64,000 bases of DNA. Source: Escherichia coli. Lineage in GTDB: Bacteria > Pseudomonadota > Gammaproteobacteria > Enterobacterales > Enterobacteriaceae. Under the pieces are notes generated by a model. That model saw nothing but the letters and a program-made list of their open reading frames with translations, did no database searches and was not told the DNA's origin. A program made the translations under genes and the position numbers. Shown one piece after another: positions 23,401 to 33,860 of the stretch. The stretch lies in assembly GCF_030384885.1 (NCBI RefSeq), contig NZ_CP128613.1, one strand, 5' to 3'. Positions within the stretch are counted from its first letter, which is position 1. The number at the start of each line of letters is the position of its first letter.

Positions 23401-23772
23401 CCAGTCAGCCAGATTTTGCAAGGGGTTATACCACGGCAGCAATTTACGCAGTAGCACTGCCCCGACCACGGCTTCAACAATATTGATGGTTGTCCAGGTC
23501 ATGTTCAGCGAGCTGGTGGAAAAAAGCAGGATGGATGCGGCGATATTTCCCAGCGAGCAGCTCAGCGCAATCCCCGGCCACATGCGCCCGGCATGGCGAT
23601 AAAACGCCACCATCATGATGGACGTCGGGAACCACAATGGGGCGAGTTGGGTGCCAAACTGCGAAAGCTCAAGCGAGAAAAGGGTAAAGATAAACGAGAC
23701 TAAACCTAAACTGACCAGGTGAAACAGCGGGTGGGGCAGGGCAATTAATACATGCTGTGATTGTTTGCTCAT
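20455..23772 (-). CDS. dgcE: Diguanylate cyclase DgcE (YegE), multidomain membrane sensor with GGDEF domain
   Basis: 1105 aa; hydrophobic N-terminal sensor domain, PAS-like regions, RLGGDEFGLL (GGDEF) and a C-terminal EAL-like region; length matches K-12 DgcE. Confidence 0.9.
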   Translation of the reverse strand: MSKQSQHVLIALPHPLFHLVSLGLVSFIFTLFSLELSQFGTQLAPLWFPTSIMMVAFYRHAGRMWPGIALSCSLGNIAASILLFSTSSLNMTWTTINIVEAVVGAVLLRKLLPWYNPLQNLADWLRLALGSAIVPPLLGGVLVILLTPGDDPLRAFLIWVLSESIGALALVPLGLLFKPHYLLRHRNPRLLFESLLTLAITLTLSWLSMLYLPWPFTFIIVLLMWSAVRLPRMEAFLIFLTTVMMVSLMMAADPSLLATPRTYLMSHMPWLPFLLILLPANIMTMVMYAFRAERKHISESETRFRNAMEYSAIGMALVGTEGQWLQSNKALCQFLGYSQEELRGLTFQQLTWPEDLNKDLQQVEKLISGEINTYSMEKRYYNRNGDVVWALLAVSLVHHTDGTPLYFIAQIEDINELKRTEQVNQQLMERITLANEAGGIGIWEWELKPNIFSWDKRMFELYEIPPHIKPNWQVWYECVLPEDRAHAEKVIRDSLQSRSPFKLEFRITVKDGIRHIRALANRVLNKEGEVERLLGINMDMTEVKQLNEALFQEKERLHITLDSIGEAVVCIDMAMKITFMNPVAEKMSGWTQEEALGVPLLTVLHITFGDNGPLMENIYSADTSRSAIEQDVVLHCRSGGSYDVHYSITPLSTLDGSNIGSVLVIQDVTESRKMLRQLSYSASHDALTHLANRASFEKQLRILLQTVNSTHQRHALVFIDLDRFKAVNDSAGHAAGDALLRELASLMLSMLRSSDVLARLGGDEFGLLLPDCNVESARFIATRIISAVNDYHFIWEGRVHRVGASAGITLIDDNNHQAVEVMSQADIACYASKNGGRGRVTVYEPQQADAHIERAAMSIDEQWRMIKENQLMMIAHGVASPRIPEARNLWLISLKLWGCEGEIVDEQTFRRSFGDPALNHALDRRVLHEFFQQTAKAIASKGLSIALPLSVAGLSSASLVNELLEQLENNPLPPRLLHLIIPAEAVFDHAESVQKLRLAGCRIVLSQVGRDLQIFNTLKANMADYLLLDGELCASVQGNLMDEMLITIIQGHAQRLGVKTIAGPVVLPLVMDTLSGIGVDLIYGDVIADAQPLDLLVNNSYFAIN

Positions 23773-24088
23773 TACCGCTTTATCCGCAAGACCAGGTCGC
23801 CAGTATTCGTTTCTGTGTTTATGCTAGTACAAAAGTTTTACATTTTATATGCGAATTGCTCATAAAGTGACGTAAAGGCGGATAATTTGCGCAACTGCGT
23901 ATAACATTTTTTACCTTACATAAAACTGAACAACGTAATTTGCCACCGGGAATTCTTCGTCAACAATTACTCTGAGCGCGCGGCAACGCTATTCGACTGG
24001 TATCAGGCGGATGAAATCCCTATAATTGCCGCGTTTGGCGCTTCGTCGCCCCCTTCCTAACATCCAGGTTAATCAGGTCGCTAAATAT

Positions 24089-24730
24089 ATGACTGATCAG
24101 TCTCATCAGTGCGTCATTATCGGTATCGCTGGCGCATCGGCTTCCGGCAAGAGTCTTATTGCCAGTACCCTTTATCGTGAATTACGTGAGCAAGTCGGTG
24201 ATGAACACATCGGCGTAATTCCCGAAGACTGCTATTACAAAGATCAAAGCCATCTGTCGATGGAAGAACGCGTTAAGACCAACTACGACCATCCCAGCGC
24301 GATGGATCACAGCCTGCTGCTTGAGCATTTACAAGCATTGAAACGCGGCTCGGCAATTGACCTGCCGGTTTACAGCTATGTTGAACATACGCGAATGAAA
24401 GAAACGGTGACGGTTGAGCCGAAGAAAGTCATCATTCTCGAAGGCATTTTGCTGCTGACGGATGCGCGTTTGCGTGACGAACTTAACTTCTCAATTTTCG
24501 TTGATACCCCGCTGGATATCTGCTTGATGCGCCGCATCAAGCGTGATGTTAACGAGCGTGGGCGTTCAATGGATTCAGTGATGGCGCAATATCAAAAAAC
24601 TGTGCGCCCGATGTTCCTGCAATTCATTGAGCCATCTAAACAATATGCGGACATTATCGTGCCGCGCGGCGGGAAAAACCGCATCGCCATCGATATATTG
24701 AAAGCGAAAATAAGTCAGTTCTTTGAATAA
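24089..24730 (+). CDS. udk: Uridine/cytidine kinase
   Basis: Track ORF 24026..24730; start set at [22 protein letters not shown] (P-loop) to give 213 aa. Confidence 0.93.
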
Positions 24731-24821
24731 GCTTGATAAATTGTGTACCGTTCAGTGATAACCTGGTATGCCCTTGACGTAATTGGCGTTAAGGGAGTGA
24801 TGCGCGAAAGGAGAAAATGCC

Positions 24822-25403
24822 ATGCGTCTGTGTGACCGAGATATTGAAGCCTGGCTTGATGAAGGCCGTTTGTCGATCAACCCACGTCCGCCAGTGGAGC
24901 GTATTAATGGCGCGACGGTGGATGTGCGCCTGGGCAATAAATTTCGTACCTTCCGTGGTCACACGGCAGCGTTTATCGATCTGAGCGGTCCCAAAGATGA
25001 AGTGAGCGCCGCGCTCGATCGAGTGATGAGCGATGAAATCGTGCTCGACGAGGGCGAGGCGTTTTATCTCCATCCGGGAGAGCTGGCGCTGGCGGTGACG
25101 CTGGAGTCGGTGACGCTGCCAGCCGATCTGGTGGGATGGCTGGACGGTCGTTCCTCACTGGCGCGTCTGGGGCTTATGGTGCACGTCACCGCGCACCGTA
25201 TCGATCCGGGCTGGTCTGGCTGCATTGTGCTGGAGTTCTACAACTCCGGTAAGCTGCCGCTGGCGCTGCGTCCGGGCATGTTAATTGGTGCGCTGAGCTT
25301 TGAGCCGCTTTCCGGCCCGGCGGCGCGACCTTACAACCGCCGTGAAGATGCGAAATATCGCAACCAGCAGGGCGCGGTAGCCAGCCGAATCGATAAAGAC
25401 TAA
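24822..25403 (+). CDS. dcd: dCTP deaminase
   Basis: 193 aa; N-terminus [23 protein letters not shown]; conserved udk-dcd adjacency. Confidence 0.95.
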
Positions 25404-25424
25404 TTCAGGCCCATTGAGGATACC

Positions 25425-27278
25425 ATGAGACGATTTCTGACGACGCTGATGATACTCCTGGTCGTGCTGGTGGCCGGGTTATCTGCGTTAGTGTTGCTGG
25501 TGAATCCGAATGATTTCCGCGACTATATGGTCAAGCAAGTTGCTGCACGTAGCGGTTATCAATTGCAGCTCGACGGGCCACTGCGTTGGCACGTCTGGCC
25601 GCAACTTAGTATCCTCTCCGGGCGAATGTCTCTCACTGCCCAGGGCGCGAGCCAGCCACTGGTTCGCGCAGACAACATGCGTCTGGACGTGGCGCTTTTA
25701 CCACTGCTGAGTCATCAACTGAGCGTTAAGCAGGTGATGCTAAAAGGGGCAGTGATCCAACTGACGCCGCAGACGGAAGCGGTACGCAGCGAAGATGCCC
25801 CGGTTGCACCGCGCGACAATACCTTGCCGGATCTGTCAGACGATCGCGGATGGTCGTTTGATATATCCAGTCTTAAGGTGGCGGACAGCGTGCTGGTGTT
25901 CCAGCATGAAGATGACGAGCAGGTGACAATCCGTAATATCCGCCTGCAAATGGAACAAGATCCCCAACATCGTGGTTCATTTGAGTTCTCCGGGCGGGTT
26001 AATCGCGATCAGCGCGATCTCACGATATCCCTTAACGGTACGGTAGATGCTTCTGATTATCCGCATGATTTAACGGCGGCTATTGAACAAATTAACTGGC
26101 AGTTGCAGGGTGCCGATTTACCAAAACAAGGTATTCAGGGGCAGGGGAGTTTCCAGGCCCAGTGGCAGGAGTCACATAAACGCCTTTCATTTAACCAAAT
26201 TAGTTTGACCGCCAATGACAGTACGCTGAGCGGGCAAGCACAGGTCACGCTGACAGAGAAACCGGAATGGCAGCTGAGACTGCAATTCCCGCAACTGAAT
26301 CTTGACAACCTCATCCCGCTTAAAGAAACAGCGAACGGTGAAAACGGTGCCGCGCAGCAGGGGCAGAGCCAATCAACATTGCCGCGCCCGGTCATTTCTT
26401 CGCGTATTGATGAACCCGCGTATCAGGGGCTGAAAGGCTTTGCGGCAGATATTTTGTTGCAGGCCAGTAACGTGCGCTGGCGCGGAATGAATTTTACAGA
26501 TGTTGCCACGCAAATGACCAACAAGTCGGGTTTGCTGGAAATTACTCAACTGCAGGGCAAGCTTAACGGTGGACAGGTTTCGCTGCCGGGCACGCTGGAC
26601 GCGACATCAATAAATCCGCGGATAATCTTCCAGCCACGGTTGGAAAACGTTGAGATTGGCACCATTCTGAAGGCGTTTAACTATCCGATTTCGTTGACCG
26701 GAAAGATGTCACTTGCGGGTGATTTCTCCGGTGCTGACATAGATGCCGACGCATTCCGCCACAACTGGCAAGGACAGGCGCATGTCGAAATGACGGACAC
26801 ACGTATGGAAGGGATGAACTTCCAGCAGATGATTCAGCAAGCGGTAGAGCGTAATGGTGGTGATGTGAAGGCCGCTGAAAACTTCGATAACGTGACGCGT
26901 CTTGACCGCTTTACCACCGATTTGACGTTGAAGGATGGCGTCGTGACGTTAAACGATATGCAAGGTCAATCGCCTGTGCTGGCGCTGACAGGGGAAGGCA
27001 TGTTGAATTTGGCAGATCAAACCTGCGACACCCAGTTTGATATTCGGGTCGTGGGTGGCTGGAACGGGGAAAGCAAACTGATTGATTTCCTCAAAGAAAC
27101 GCCAGTACCGCTGCGGGTTTATGGCAACTGGCAGCAACTTAATTACAGCCTGCAAGTGGACCAGCTGCTACGCAAACATCTCCAGGACGAAGCGAAACGT
27201 CGCCTGAATGACTGGGCAGAGCGGAATAAAGATTCCCGCAATGGCAAAGATGTGAAGAAGTTGCTGGAGAAGATGTAA
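25425..27278 (+). CDS. asmA: AsmA, outer-membrane assembly protein
   Basis: 617 aa; N-terminal signal-anchor MRRFLTTLMILLVVLVAGLSALVLLV; length and position as in K-12. Confidence 0.93.
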   Translation: MRRFLTTLMILLVVLVAGLSALVLLVNPNDFRDYMVKQVAARSGYQLQLDGPLRWHVWPQLSILSGRMSLTAQGASQPLVRADNMRLDVALLPLLSHQLSVKQVMLKGAVIQLTPQTEAVRSEDAPVAPRDNTLPDLSDDRGWSFDISSLKVADSVLVFQHEDDEQVTIRNIRLQMEQDPQHRGSFEFSGRVNRDQRDLTISLNGTVDASDYPHDLTAAIEQINWQLQGADLPKQGIQGQGSFQAQWQESHKRLSFNQISLTANDSTLSGQAQVTLTEKPEWQLRLQFPQLNLDNLIPLKETANGENGAAQQGQSQSTLPRPVISSRIDEPAYQGLKGFAADILLQASNVRWRGMNFTDVATQMTNKSGLLEITQLQGKLNGGQVSLPGTLDATSINPRIIFQPRLENVEIGTILKAFNYPISLTGKMSLAGDFSGADIDADAFRHNWQGQAHVEMTDTRMEGMNFQQMIQQAVERNGGDVKAAENFDNVTRLDRFTTDLTLKDGVVTLNDMQGQSPVLALTGEGMLNLADQTCDTQFDIRVVGGWNGESKLIDFLKETPVPLRVYGNWQQLNYSLQVDQLLRKHLQDEAKRRLNDWAERNKDSRNGKDVKKLLEKM

Positions 27279-27289
27279 GTCATCCAGAT

Positions 27290-27735
27290 GACATATGCTG
27301 TAGGCCTGATAAGACGCGTAAGCGTCGCATCAGGCAATCACGTAGATTACTTTCAGCAAATATGAATCATCTGTATAAGTAAGATACTTCAGCGAGGGTG
27401 TTGGTCCGGCTGTAAATCGCCGAATCGTTTCCTGTAGGCCGGGGCAGCCCACATGGATGTGGGCTGAGGGCGCGTTTTACAGGGATGTTACCTCGCGCCC
27501 GTACCCGATAGCCGAAAGGAATAAGATGAGGGGACCGCGCTAGCGGCGATTTACCGCCGGGAGCCCGGGTTGCCAGGGTGGTGGCGATTGAGCCACCCTG
27601 GCACGTTCACCGGCTTGAGCGTTCCAAAGTAGCGAGGAACATAAAGTGAACGGAACAGCCTCTAATGTCACATACTCTCCCGGTTGAATGAAACGCCTGA
27701 TGCGACGCTTACGCGTCTTATCAGGCCTACATGCC
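27290..27735. repeat. Inverted REP pair flanking a ~350-bp structured non-coding segment
   Basis: REP copy TGTAGGCCTGATAAGACGCGTAAGCGTCGCATCAGGCA near 27300..27337 and its inverted copy near 27690..27730; the interior carries long hairpins such as CCAGGGTGGTGGCGATTGAGCCACCCTGG. Confidence 0.7.
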
Positions 27736-27736
27736 A

Positions 27737-29320
27737 TCACACCTCGTACTCCATCTCGCCATCCTTACGCAGCGGAATAATCTGCACCTTCTGCACGCGA
27801 TGGCTTTCCACCTGCAACGTTTTAAGCAAATAATCCCCCACCTGAACTTCTTCGCCAGGTTTTGGAATACGCTGCAAATATTCCATCAACAGCCCGGCAA
27901 TGGTGTGATATTCACGTTTTTCATCCAGCGGCAGCGGCACATATTGCACCAGATCTTCCAGCGGCATATGACCATTCGCTGTCCATGAACCGTCGGCATT
28001 TTTCTGAATATCATGACGGGCATCGATCTCTTCCACTTCGTTTGGCAAGTTACCTGCAATGGTTTCAGTGACGTCACTTAATGTCACAATCCCTTCCACC
28101 GAGCCAAACTCATCCACCACAAAAGCAAAGTGTGTGCGGGCATTACGGAACTGCTCCAGGGCAGGTAACAACGGTAAAGTTTCCGGGAACACCAGCGGCT
28201 GGCGAATCAACACCCGCAGGTTGAGCGGTTCGCCGCGCAGTGACTGTTGTAACAGGTCGATAACGTGAACAACACCGAGCAAATCTTCTGCATCATCGCC
28301 GTCGGTAACGACCAGACGCGTGTGCTGATTTCGCTCCAGCAGCTGGCGGATCTCCTCTTCCGGCGCGTTGAGATCGATATGCTCAATATCGTGGCGCGAC
28401 GTCATAATGCTGCTGACAGTACGCTGGTTAAGATTAAGTACCCGCTCAATCATCCGCCGTTCCTGCGGATTAAAGATCTGCTGGTTACCATGATCCACCA
28501 GCATGGACGCGGTTTCGGCATCCAGTTCCGCATCTTCTTTTTGCCCGCTTAACAAGCGCATTACCGCTTCGGTAGTCCGCTGGCGCAGCGTCTGGTTAGC
28601 GGAAAGAAAACGTCGCCGGTTAAAGATAGCCAGTTGATTGAGCGCCTCGATCATCACCGAGAAACCAATGGCAGCGTACAGGTAGCCTTTCGGAATGACG
28701 AAGCCGAAACCTTCCGCCACCAGGCTAAAGCCAATCATCAACAGGAAGCTTAGGCAGAGAATAACGATGGTCGGGTGGCTATTAACGAACTGGGTTAACG
28801 GCTTGCTTGCCATCAGCATCAGGCTGATCGCGATAACCACGGCGGCCATCATGACCAGTAAATGGTCGACCATCCCGACGGCGGTAATCACCGAGTCAAG
28901 TGAGAAGATGGCGTCCAGCACCACAATTTGCGTCACCACGCCCCAGAACTTCGCACCTTTGCGTTGTGTGGGGTTATTGCTGTCTTTCCCCTCCAGCCGT
29001 TCGTTCAACTCCATCGTGGCTTTGAACAGCAGGAAGAAACCACCAAACAGCATGATTAAGTCGCGGGCACTAAAGGTAAACGAGCGGAAGCTGAACAGCG
29101 GTTGAGTCAGGGTGACCAGCCAGGAGATTGACGCCAGCAGTAACAGGCGCATTAACATCGCCAGCAGCAGCCCGGTAACCCGTGCGCGGTCGCGCTGCTT
29201 CGGCGGTAGTTTTTCGGCGAGGATGGCAATAAAGACCAGGTTATCAATGCCGAGGACCAGTTCGATCACAATCAGCGTGATTAACCCGGCCCAGATAGAC
29301 GGATCGGCAATCCATTCCAT
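27737..29320 (-). CDS. yegH: YegH, TerC/CBS/CorC-domain inner membrane protein
   Basis: Track ORF 27737..29386(-); start set at [18 protein letters not shown] for 527 aa. TerC-like TM region followed by CBS pair and CorC/TransAssoc C-terminal domain. Confidence 0.88.
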   Translation of the reverse strand: MEWIADPSIWAGLITLIVIELVLGIDNLVFIAILAEKLPPKQRDRARVTGLLLAMLMRLLLLASISWLVTLTQPLFSFRSFTFSARDLIMLFGGFFLLFKATMELNERLEGKDSNNPTQRKGAKFWGVVTQIVVLDAIFSLDSVITAVGMVDHLLVMMAAVVIAISLMLMASKPLTQFVNSHPTIVILCLSFLLMIGFSLVAEGFGFVIPKGYLYAAIGFSVMIEALNQLAIFNRRRFLSANQTLRQRTTEAVMRLLSGQKEDAELDAETASMLVDHGNQQIFNPQERRMIERVLNLNQRTVSSIMTSRHDIEHIDLNAPEEEIRQLLERNQHTRLVVTDGDDAEDLLGVVHVIDLLQQSLRGEPLNLRVLIRQPLVFPETLPLLPALEQFRNARTHFAFVVDEFGSVEGIVTLSDVTETIAGNLPNEVEEIDARHDIQKNADGSWTANGHMPLEDLVQYVPLPLDEKREYHTIAGLLMEYLQRIPKPGEEVQVGDYLLKTLQVESHRVQKVQIIPLRKDGEMEYEV

Positions 29321-29761
29321 AGTAAGTACAAAACCTATTCGTTGTATGACAAATGTCACAATTCGATCATGGATAAATCGGGGCAAAAATGCAATGTTGC
29401 AGCACTATTTATCTCATATAATTTGAGGGTTATAACCTCACATTATCCCTGAATTAAAAGTGGCAATAATAAAACATTATTTAAGAAATATCGCATATGG
29501 AGACACTATATTAATTATTGTCAACCTAAAGAAAGTCCTAAAAAACATATTGATTGACACTTAATATAATTCTTAAAAATAGCCAATTGCCGAATTGTTA
29601 CCTTGCCTGCTATTCCGTTAGCTGTAACACTTCCTCCTGCATTATTGGAAGCCAATATTCAATTACCATAATGCCACCTTATATCTGGAAAATTAATTCA
29701 CGGAATAACGCTTTTTCATAATCGACTGCATGATGAAAGAGTTAGAAAATCTAAACTAAAT

Positions 29762-29800
29762 CAGTGTATTGGTAGCTAAAAAGCCAGGGGCGGTAGCGTG
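29762..29800 (+). promoter_or_regulatory. JUMPstart element with ops (RfaH-dependent antitermination) in the wza leader
   Basis: CAGTGTATTGGTAGCTAAAAAGCCAGGGGCGGTAGCGTG contains the ops core GGCGGTAGCGTG about 180 nt upstream of wza. Confidence 0.85.
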
Positions 29801-29978
29801 TCTGGATGCCTGAAAGACCAGTCTGAATTATTCTGTCAATAGCCTGCGGATGAAATCAATTTTTTTAGGACTGATGCCAGTTAAATTTTTGTTCAATTAA
29901 CTGCAAGGTAAATGTGCATGGCGACATTGCTATTAATAGTGCACAGGATAATTACTCTGCCAAAGTGATAAATAAACA

Positions 29979-31118
29979 ATGATGAAATCCAAAATGAAAT
30001 TGATGCCATTATTGGTGTCAGTAACCTTGATAAGCGGTTGCACAGTACTTCCGGGCAGCAATATGTCGACGATGGGTAAAGACGTCATCAAACAGCAGGA
30101 TGCTGATTTCGATCTCGACAAAATGGTGAATGTTTATCCGCTGACCCCGCGCCTGATTGATCAATTACGCCCACGCCCGAACGTCGCGCGCCCCAATATG
30201 ACGCTGGAAAGCGAGATTGCCAATTATCAATATCGTGTCGGGCCGGGCGACGTTCTTAATGTCACCGTCTGGGATCACCCGGAACTCACCACGCCAGCTG
30301 GTCAGTACCGCAGCTCCAGCGACACCGGCAACTGGGTACAGCCTGACGGCACCATGTTCTACCCGTATATCGGCAAGGTTCACGTAGTGGGGAAAACGCT
30401 CGCTGAAATCCGCAGTGATATTACCGGGCGCTTAGCGACGTACATCGCTGACCCGCAGGTGGACGTTAATATCGCCGCCTTCCGCTCGCAAAAAGCGTAT
30501 ATCTCAGGTCAGGTGAATAAATCCGGTCAACAGGCGATCACCAACGTACCATTGACCATTCTCGACGCCATTAACGCCGCAGGTGGCCTGACCGATACCG
30601 CTGACTGGCGCAACGTGGTGCTAACACACAATGGTCGTGAAGAACGCATTTCTTTGCAGGCGCTGATGCAAAACGGCGACCTCAATCAGAACCGACTGCT
30701 TTATCCTGGCGATATTCTCTACGTGCCGCGTAATGATGATCTGAAAGTATTTGTGATGGGTGAAGTGAAAAAACAGAGCACCCTGAAAATGGACTTTAGC
30801 GGTATGACCCTGACTGAAGCCCTGGGCAATGCTGAAGGCATCGACATGACCACCTCCAACGCCAGCGGCATCTTTGTCATTCGTCCGCTGAAAGGCGAGG
30901 GTGGGCGTAACGGCAAGATCGCCAATATCTACCAACTGGATATGTCCGATGCCACGTCGCTGGTGATGGCGACAGAATTCCGCCTGCAGCCTTATGACGT
31001 GGTGTATGTCACCACCGCCCCGGTTTCCCGCTGGAACCGTCTGATCAATCAGTTGCTGCCAACTATTAGCGGTGTCCGTTACATGACGGATACAGCCAGC
31101 GACATTCATAACTGGTAA
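29979..31118 (+). CDS. wza: Outer membrane polysaccharide export lipoprotein Wza
   Basis: 379 aa; lipoprotein signal [25 protein letters not shown]; first gene of the colanic acid cluster. Confidence 0.95.
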   Translation: MMKSKMKLMPLLVSVTLISGCTVLPGSNMSTMGKDVIKQQDADFDLDKMVNVYPLTPRLIDQLRPRPNVARPNMTLESEIANYQYRVGPGDVLNVTVWDHPELTTPAGQYRSSSDTGNWVQPDGTMFYPYIGKVHVVGKTLAEIRSDITGRLATYIADPQVDVNIAAFRSQKAYISGQVNKSGQQAITNVPLTILDAINAAGGLTDTADWRNVVLTHNGREERISLQALMQNGDLNQNRLLYPGDILYVPRNDDLKVFVMGEVKKQSTLKMDFSGMTLTEALGNAEGIDMTTSNASGIFVIRPLKGEGGRNGKIANIYQLDMSDATSLVMATEFRLQPYDVVYVTTAPVSRWNRLINQLLPTISGVRYMTDTASDIHNW

Positions 31119-31123
31119 TCGTC

Positions 31124-31567
31124 ATGTTTAACAACATCTTAGTTGTCTGTGTCGGCAATATTTGCCGTTCCCCGACGGCGGAACGCTTACTGCAACGTTA
31201 TCACCCGGAGCTGAAAGTGGAGTCCGCTGGACTCGGCGCGCTGGTTGGTAAGGGCGCTGATCCTACCGCTATCAGCGTCGCCGCAGAACATCAACTGTCT
31301 CTGGAAGGTCACTGTGCCCGTCAAATCAGCCGCAGCCTGTGTCGCAACTACGACCTGATTTTGACCATGGAAAAGCGCCATATCGAACGCTTATGCGAGA
31401 TGGCACCTGAGATGCGCGGCAAAGTGATGCTGTTTGGTCACTGGGATAACGAATGTGAAATCCCCGATCCGTATCGCAAAAGCCGGGAAACGTTTGCAGC
31501 GGTGTACACATTACTTGAACGGTCTGCCCGCCAGTGGGCGCAGGCATTGAACGCAGAGCAGGTATAA
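31124..31567 (+). CDS. wzb: Low-molecular-weight protein-tyrosine phosphatase Wzb
   Basis: 147 aa; active-site P-loop CVGNICRSP. Confidence 0.95.
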   Translation: MFNNILVVCVGNICRSPTAERLLQRYHPELKVESAGLGALVGKGADPTAISVAAEHQLSLEGHCARQISRSLCRNYDLILTMEKRHIERLCEMAPEMRGKVMLFGHWDNECEIPDPYRKSRETFAAVYTLLERSARQWAQALNAEQV

Positions 31568-31569
31568 CA

Positions 31570-33732
31570 ATGACAGAAAAAGTAAAACAACATGCCGCTC
31601 CGGTAACGGGCAGTGATGAAATCGATATTGGTCGCCTGGTCGGCACCGTCATTGAAGCGCGCTGGTGGGTAATTGGCATCACCGCCGTATTCGCCCTCTG
31701 TGCCGTGATTTACACCTTCTTCGCTACGCCGATATACAGCGCCGACGCACTGGTACAAATTGAGCAAAGCAGCGGCAATTCGTTAGTGCAGGATATCGGC
31801 TCTGCGTTAGCCAACAAGCCGCCAGCATCGGACGCTGAGATCCAGTTGATTCGCTCGCGTCTGGTGCTCGGTAAAACGGTGGACGATCTTGACCTCGATA
31901 TTGCGGTGAGCAAAAACACGTTCCCGATTTTCGGTGCGGGCTGGGATCGCCTGATGGGACGTCAGAACGAGACAGTAAAAGTGACCACCTTTAACCGTCC
32001 AAAAGAGATGGTGGATCAGGTGTTTACGCTTAATGTGCTTGATGACAAAAACTACACCCTGAGCAGTGATGGCGGCTTTAGCGCCCGTGGGCAAGCGGGC
32101 CAGATGCTGAAAAAAGAAGGCGTCACGCTGATGGTTGAAGCCATTCACGCCAGCCCGGGCAGTGAGTTTACCGTCACTAAATACTCCACGCTGGGGATGA
32201 TCAATCAACTGCAAAACAGCCTGACGGTAACAGAGAATGGCAAAGACGCTGGCGTACTGAGCCTGACTTATACCGGTGAAGATCGCGAACAGATCCGCGA
32301 CATTCTTAACAGTATCGCCCGTAACTATCAGGAACAAAATATTGAGCGCAAATCGGCGGAAGCGTCGAAAAGCCTCGCCTTCCTCGCGCAACAGTTACCA
32401 GAAGTACGCAGCCGCCTTGATGTTGCTGAAAACAAACTGAATGCCTTCCGTCAGGATAAAGATTCTGTTGATCTGCCGCTGGAAGCGAAAGCGGTGCTCG
32501 ATTCGATGGTGAACATCGACGCGCAGTTGAACGAACTGACCTTTAAAGAGGCGGAAATCTCCAAGCTGTACACCAAAGTTCACCCGGCGTACCGCACGCT
32601 GCTGGAGAAACGTCAGGCGCTGGAAGAAGAGAAAGCCAAACTTAATGGTCGCGTAACGGCGATGCCGAAAACCCAGCAGGAAATTGTCCGTCTGACCCGC
32701 GATGTCGAGTCTGGTCAACAGGTCTATATGCAACTGCTGAATAAAGAGCAGGAGCTGAAAATCACCGAAGCCAGCACCGTCGGCGATGTGCGTATTGTTG
32801 ACTCGGCAATCACCCAGCCTGGCGTGCTGAAACCGAAGAAAGGGCTGATTATTCTCGGCGCAATCATCCTCGGCCTGATGCTTTCTATTGTGGGTGTGCT
32901 GCTGCGCTCGTTGTTCAATCGCGGCATTGAAAGCCCGCAGGTGCTGGAAGAACACGGCATCAGCGTCTATGCCAGCATCCCGCTGTCGGAATGGCAAAAA
33001 GCGCGCGATAGCGTCAAAACCATCAAAGGGGTTAAACGCTATAAACAGAGCCAGCTACTGGCGGTGGGGAATCCAACCGATCTGGCGATTGAAGCCATCC
33101 GTAGTCTGCGTACCAGTTTGCACTTCGCGATGATGCAGGCACAGAACAATGTGTTGATGATGACGGGGGTTAGCCCGTCAATCGGTAAAACCTTTGTCTG
33201 CGCCAACCTGGCGGCGGTCATTAGCCAGACCAATAAACGGGTGTTGTTGATCGACTGTGATATGCGCAAAGGCTACACCCACGAGCTGTTGGGCACCAAT
33301 AATGTCAATGGCCTGTCGGAAATTCTGATTGGTCAGGGCGACATTACTACCGCTGCTAAACCGACCTCTATTGCCAAATTTGACCTGATCCCGCGCGGTC
33401 AGGTACCGCCAAATCCTTCTGAACTGTTGATGAGCGAACGCTTTGCCGAACTGGTGAACTGGGCGAGTAAAAACTACGACCTGGTGTTGATTGATACGCC
33501 GCCGATTCTGGCAGTGACCGATGCGGCAATTGTTGGTCGTCATGTCGGAACCACATTAATGGTGGCGCGTTATGCGGTCAACACCTTGAAAGAAGTGGAA
33601 ACCAGTCTGAGCCGCTTTGAGCAAAACGGAATTCCGGTGAAAGGGGTGATTCTTAACTCCATCTTCCGCCGCGCCAGCGCGTATCAGGATTATGGCTATT
33701 ACGAATACGAATATAAGTCGGATGCGAAATAA
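31570..33732 (+). CDS. wzc: Tyrosine autokinase / polysaccharide co-polymerase Wzc
   Basis: Track ORF from 31534; start at MTEKVKQHAAP gives 720 aa. Walker A GVSPSIGKT and C-terminal Tyr-rich tail YGYYEYEYKSD. Confidence 0.95.
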   Translation: MTEKVKQHAAPVTGSDEIDIGRLVGTVIEARWWVIGITAVFALCAVIYTFFATPIYSADALVQIEQSSGNSLVQDIGSALANKPPASDAEIQLIRSRLVLGKTVDDLDLDIAVSKNTFPIFGAGWDRLMGRQNETVKVTTFNRPKEMVDQVFTLNVLDDKNYTLSSDGGFSARGQAGQMLKKEGVTLMVEAIHASPGSEFTVTKYSTLGMINQLQNSLTVTENGKDAGVLSLTYTGEDREQIRDILNSIARNYQEQNIERKSAEASKSLAFLAQQLPEVRSRLDVAENKLNAFRQDKDSVDLPLEAKAVLDSMVNIDAQLNELTFKEAEISKLYTKVHPAYRTLLEKRQALEEEKAKLNGRVTAMPKTQQEIVRLTRDVESGQQVYMQLLNKEQELKITEASTVGDVRIVDSAITQPGVLKPKKGLIILGAIILGLMLSIVGVLLRSLFNRGIESPQVLEEHGISVYASIPLSEWQKARDSVKTIKGVKRYKQSQLLAVGNPTDLAIEAIRSLRTSLHFAMMQAQNNVLMMTGVSPSIGKTFVCANLAAVISQTNKRVLLIDCDMRKGYTHELLGTNNVNGLSEILIGQGDITTAAKPTSIAKFDLIPRGQVPPNPSELLMSERFAELVNWASKNYDLVLIDTPPILAVTDAAIVGRHVGTTLMVARYAVNTLKEVETSLSRFEQNGIPVKGVILNSIFRRASAYQDYGYYEYEYKSDAK

Positions 33733-33739
33733 CGAGATC

Positions 33740-33810
33740 CGCTGTCGGATGCGATGCTGACGCATCTTATCCGACCTACGTTCACGCCGCATCCGGCAAC
33801 AGAACCTGTA
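33740..33810. repeat. REP-like palindromic element downstream of wzc
   Basis: CGGATGCGATGCTGACGCATCTTATCCGACCTACG plus GCCGCATCCGGCA; REP-like imperfect palindromes. Confidence 0.6.
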
Positions 33811-33860
33811 AACCAGCTTATAAACCGGCAGAACATCTCGATACTCCGGGAGAACAACCT

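Noticed and set aside
27540-27740. 66-aa minus-strand ORF within the REP-flanked asmA-yegH segment
   Set aside because: Arg/Pro-rich composition derived from GC-rich palindromic DNA; overlaps a REP and the yegH start region; no RBS.
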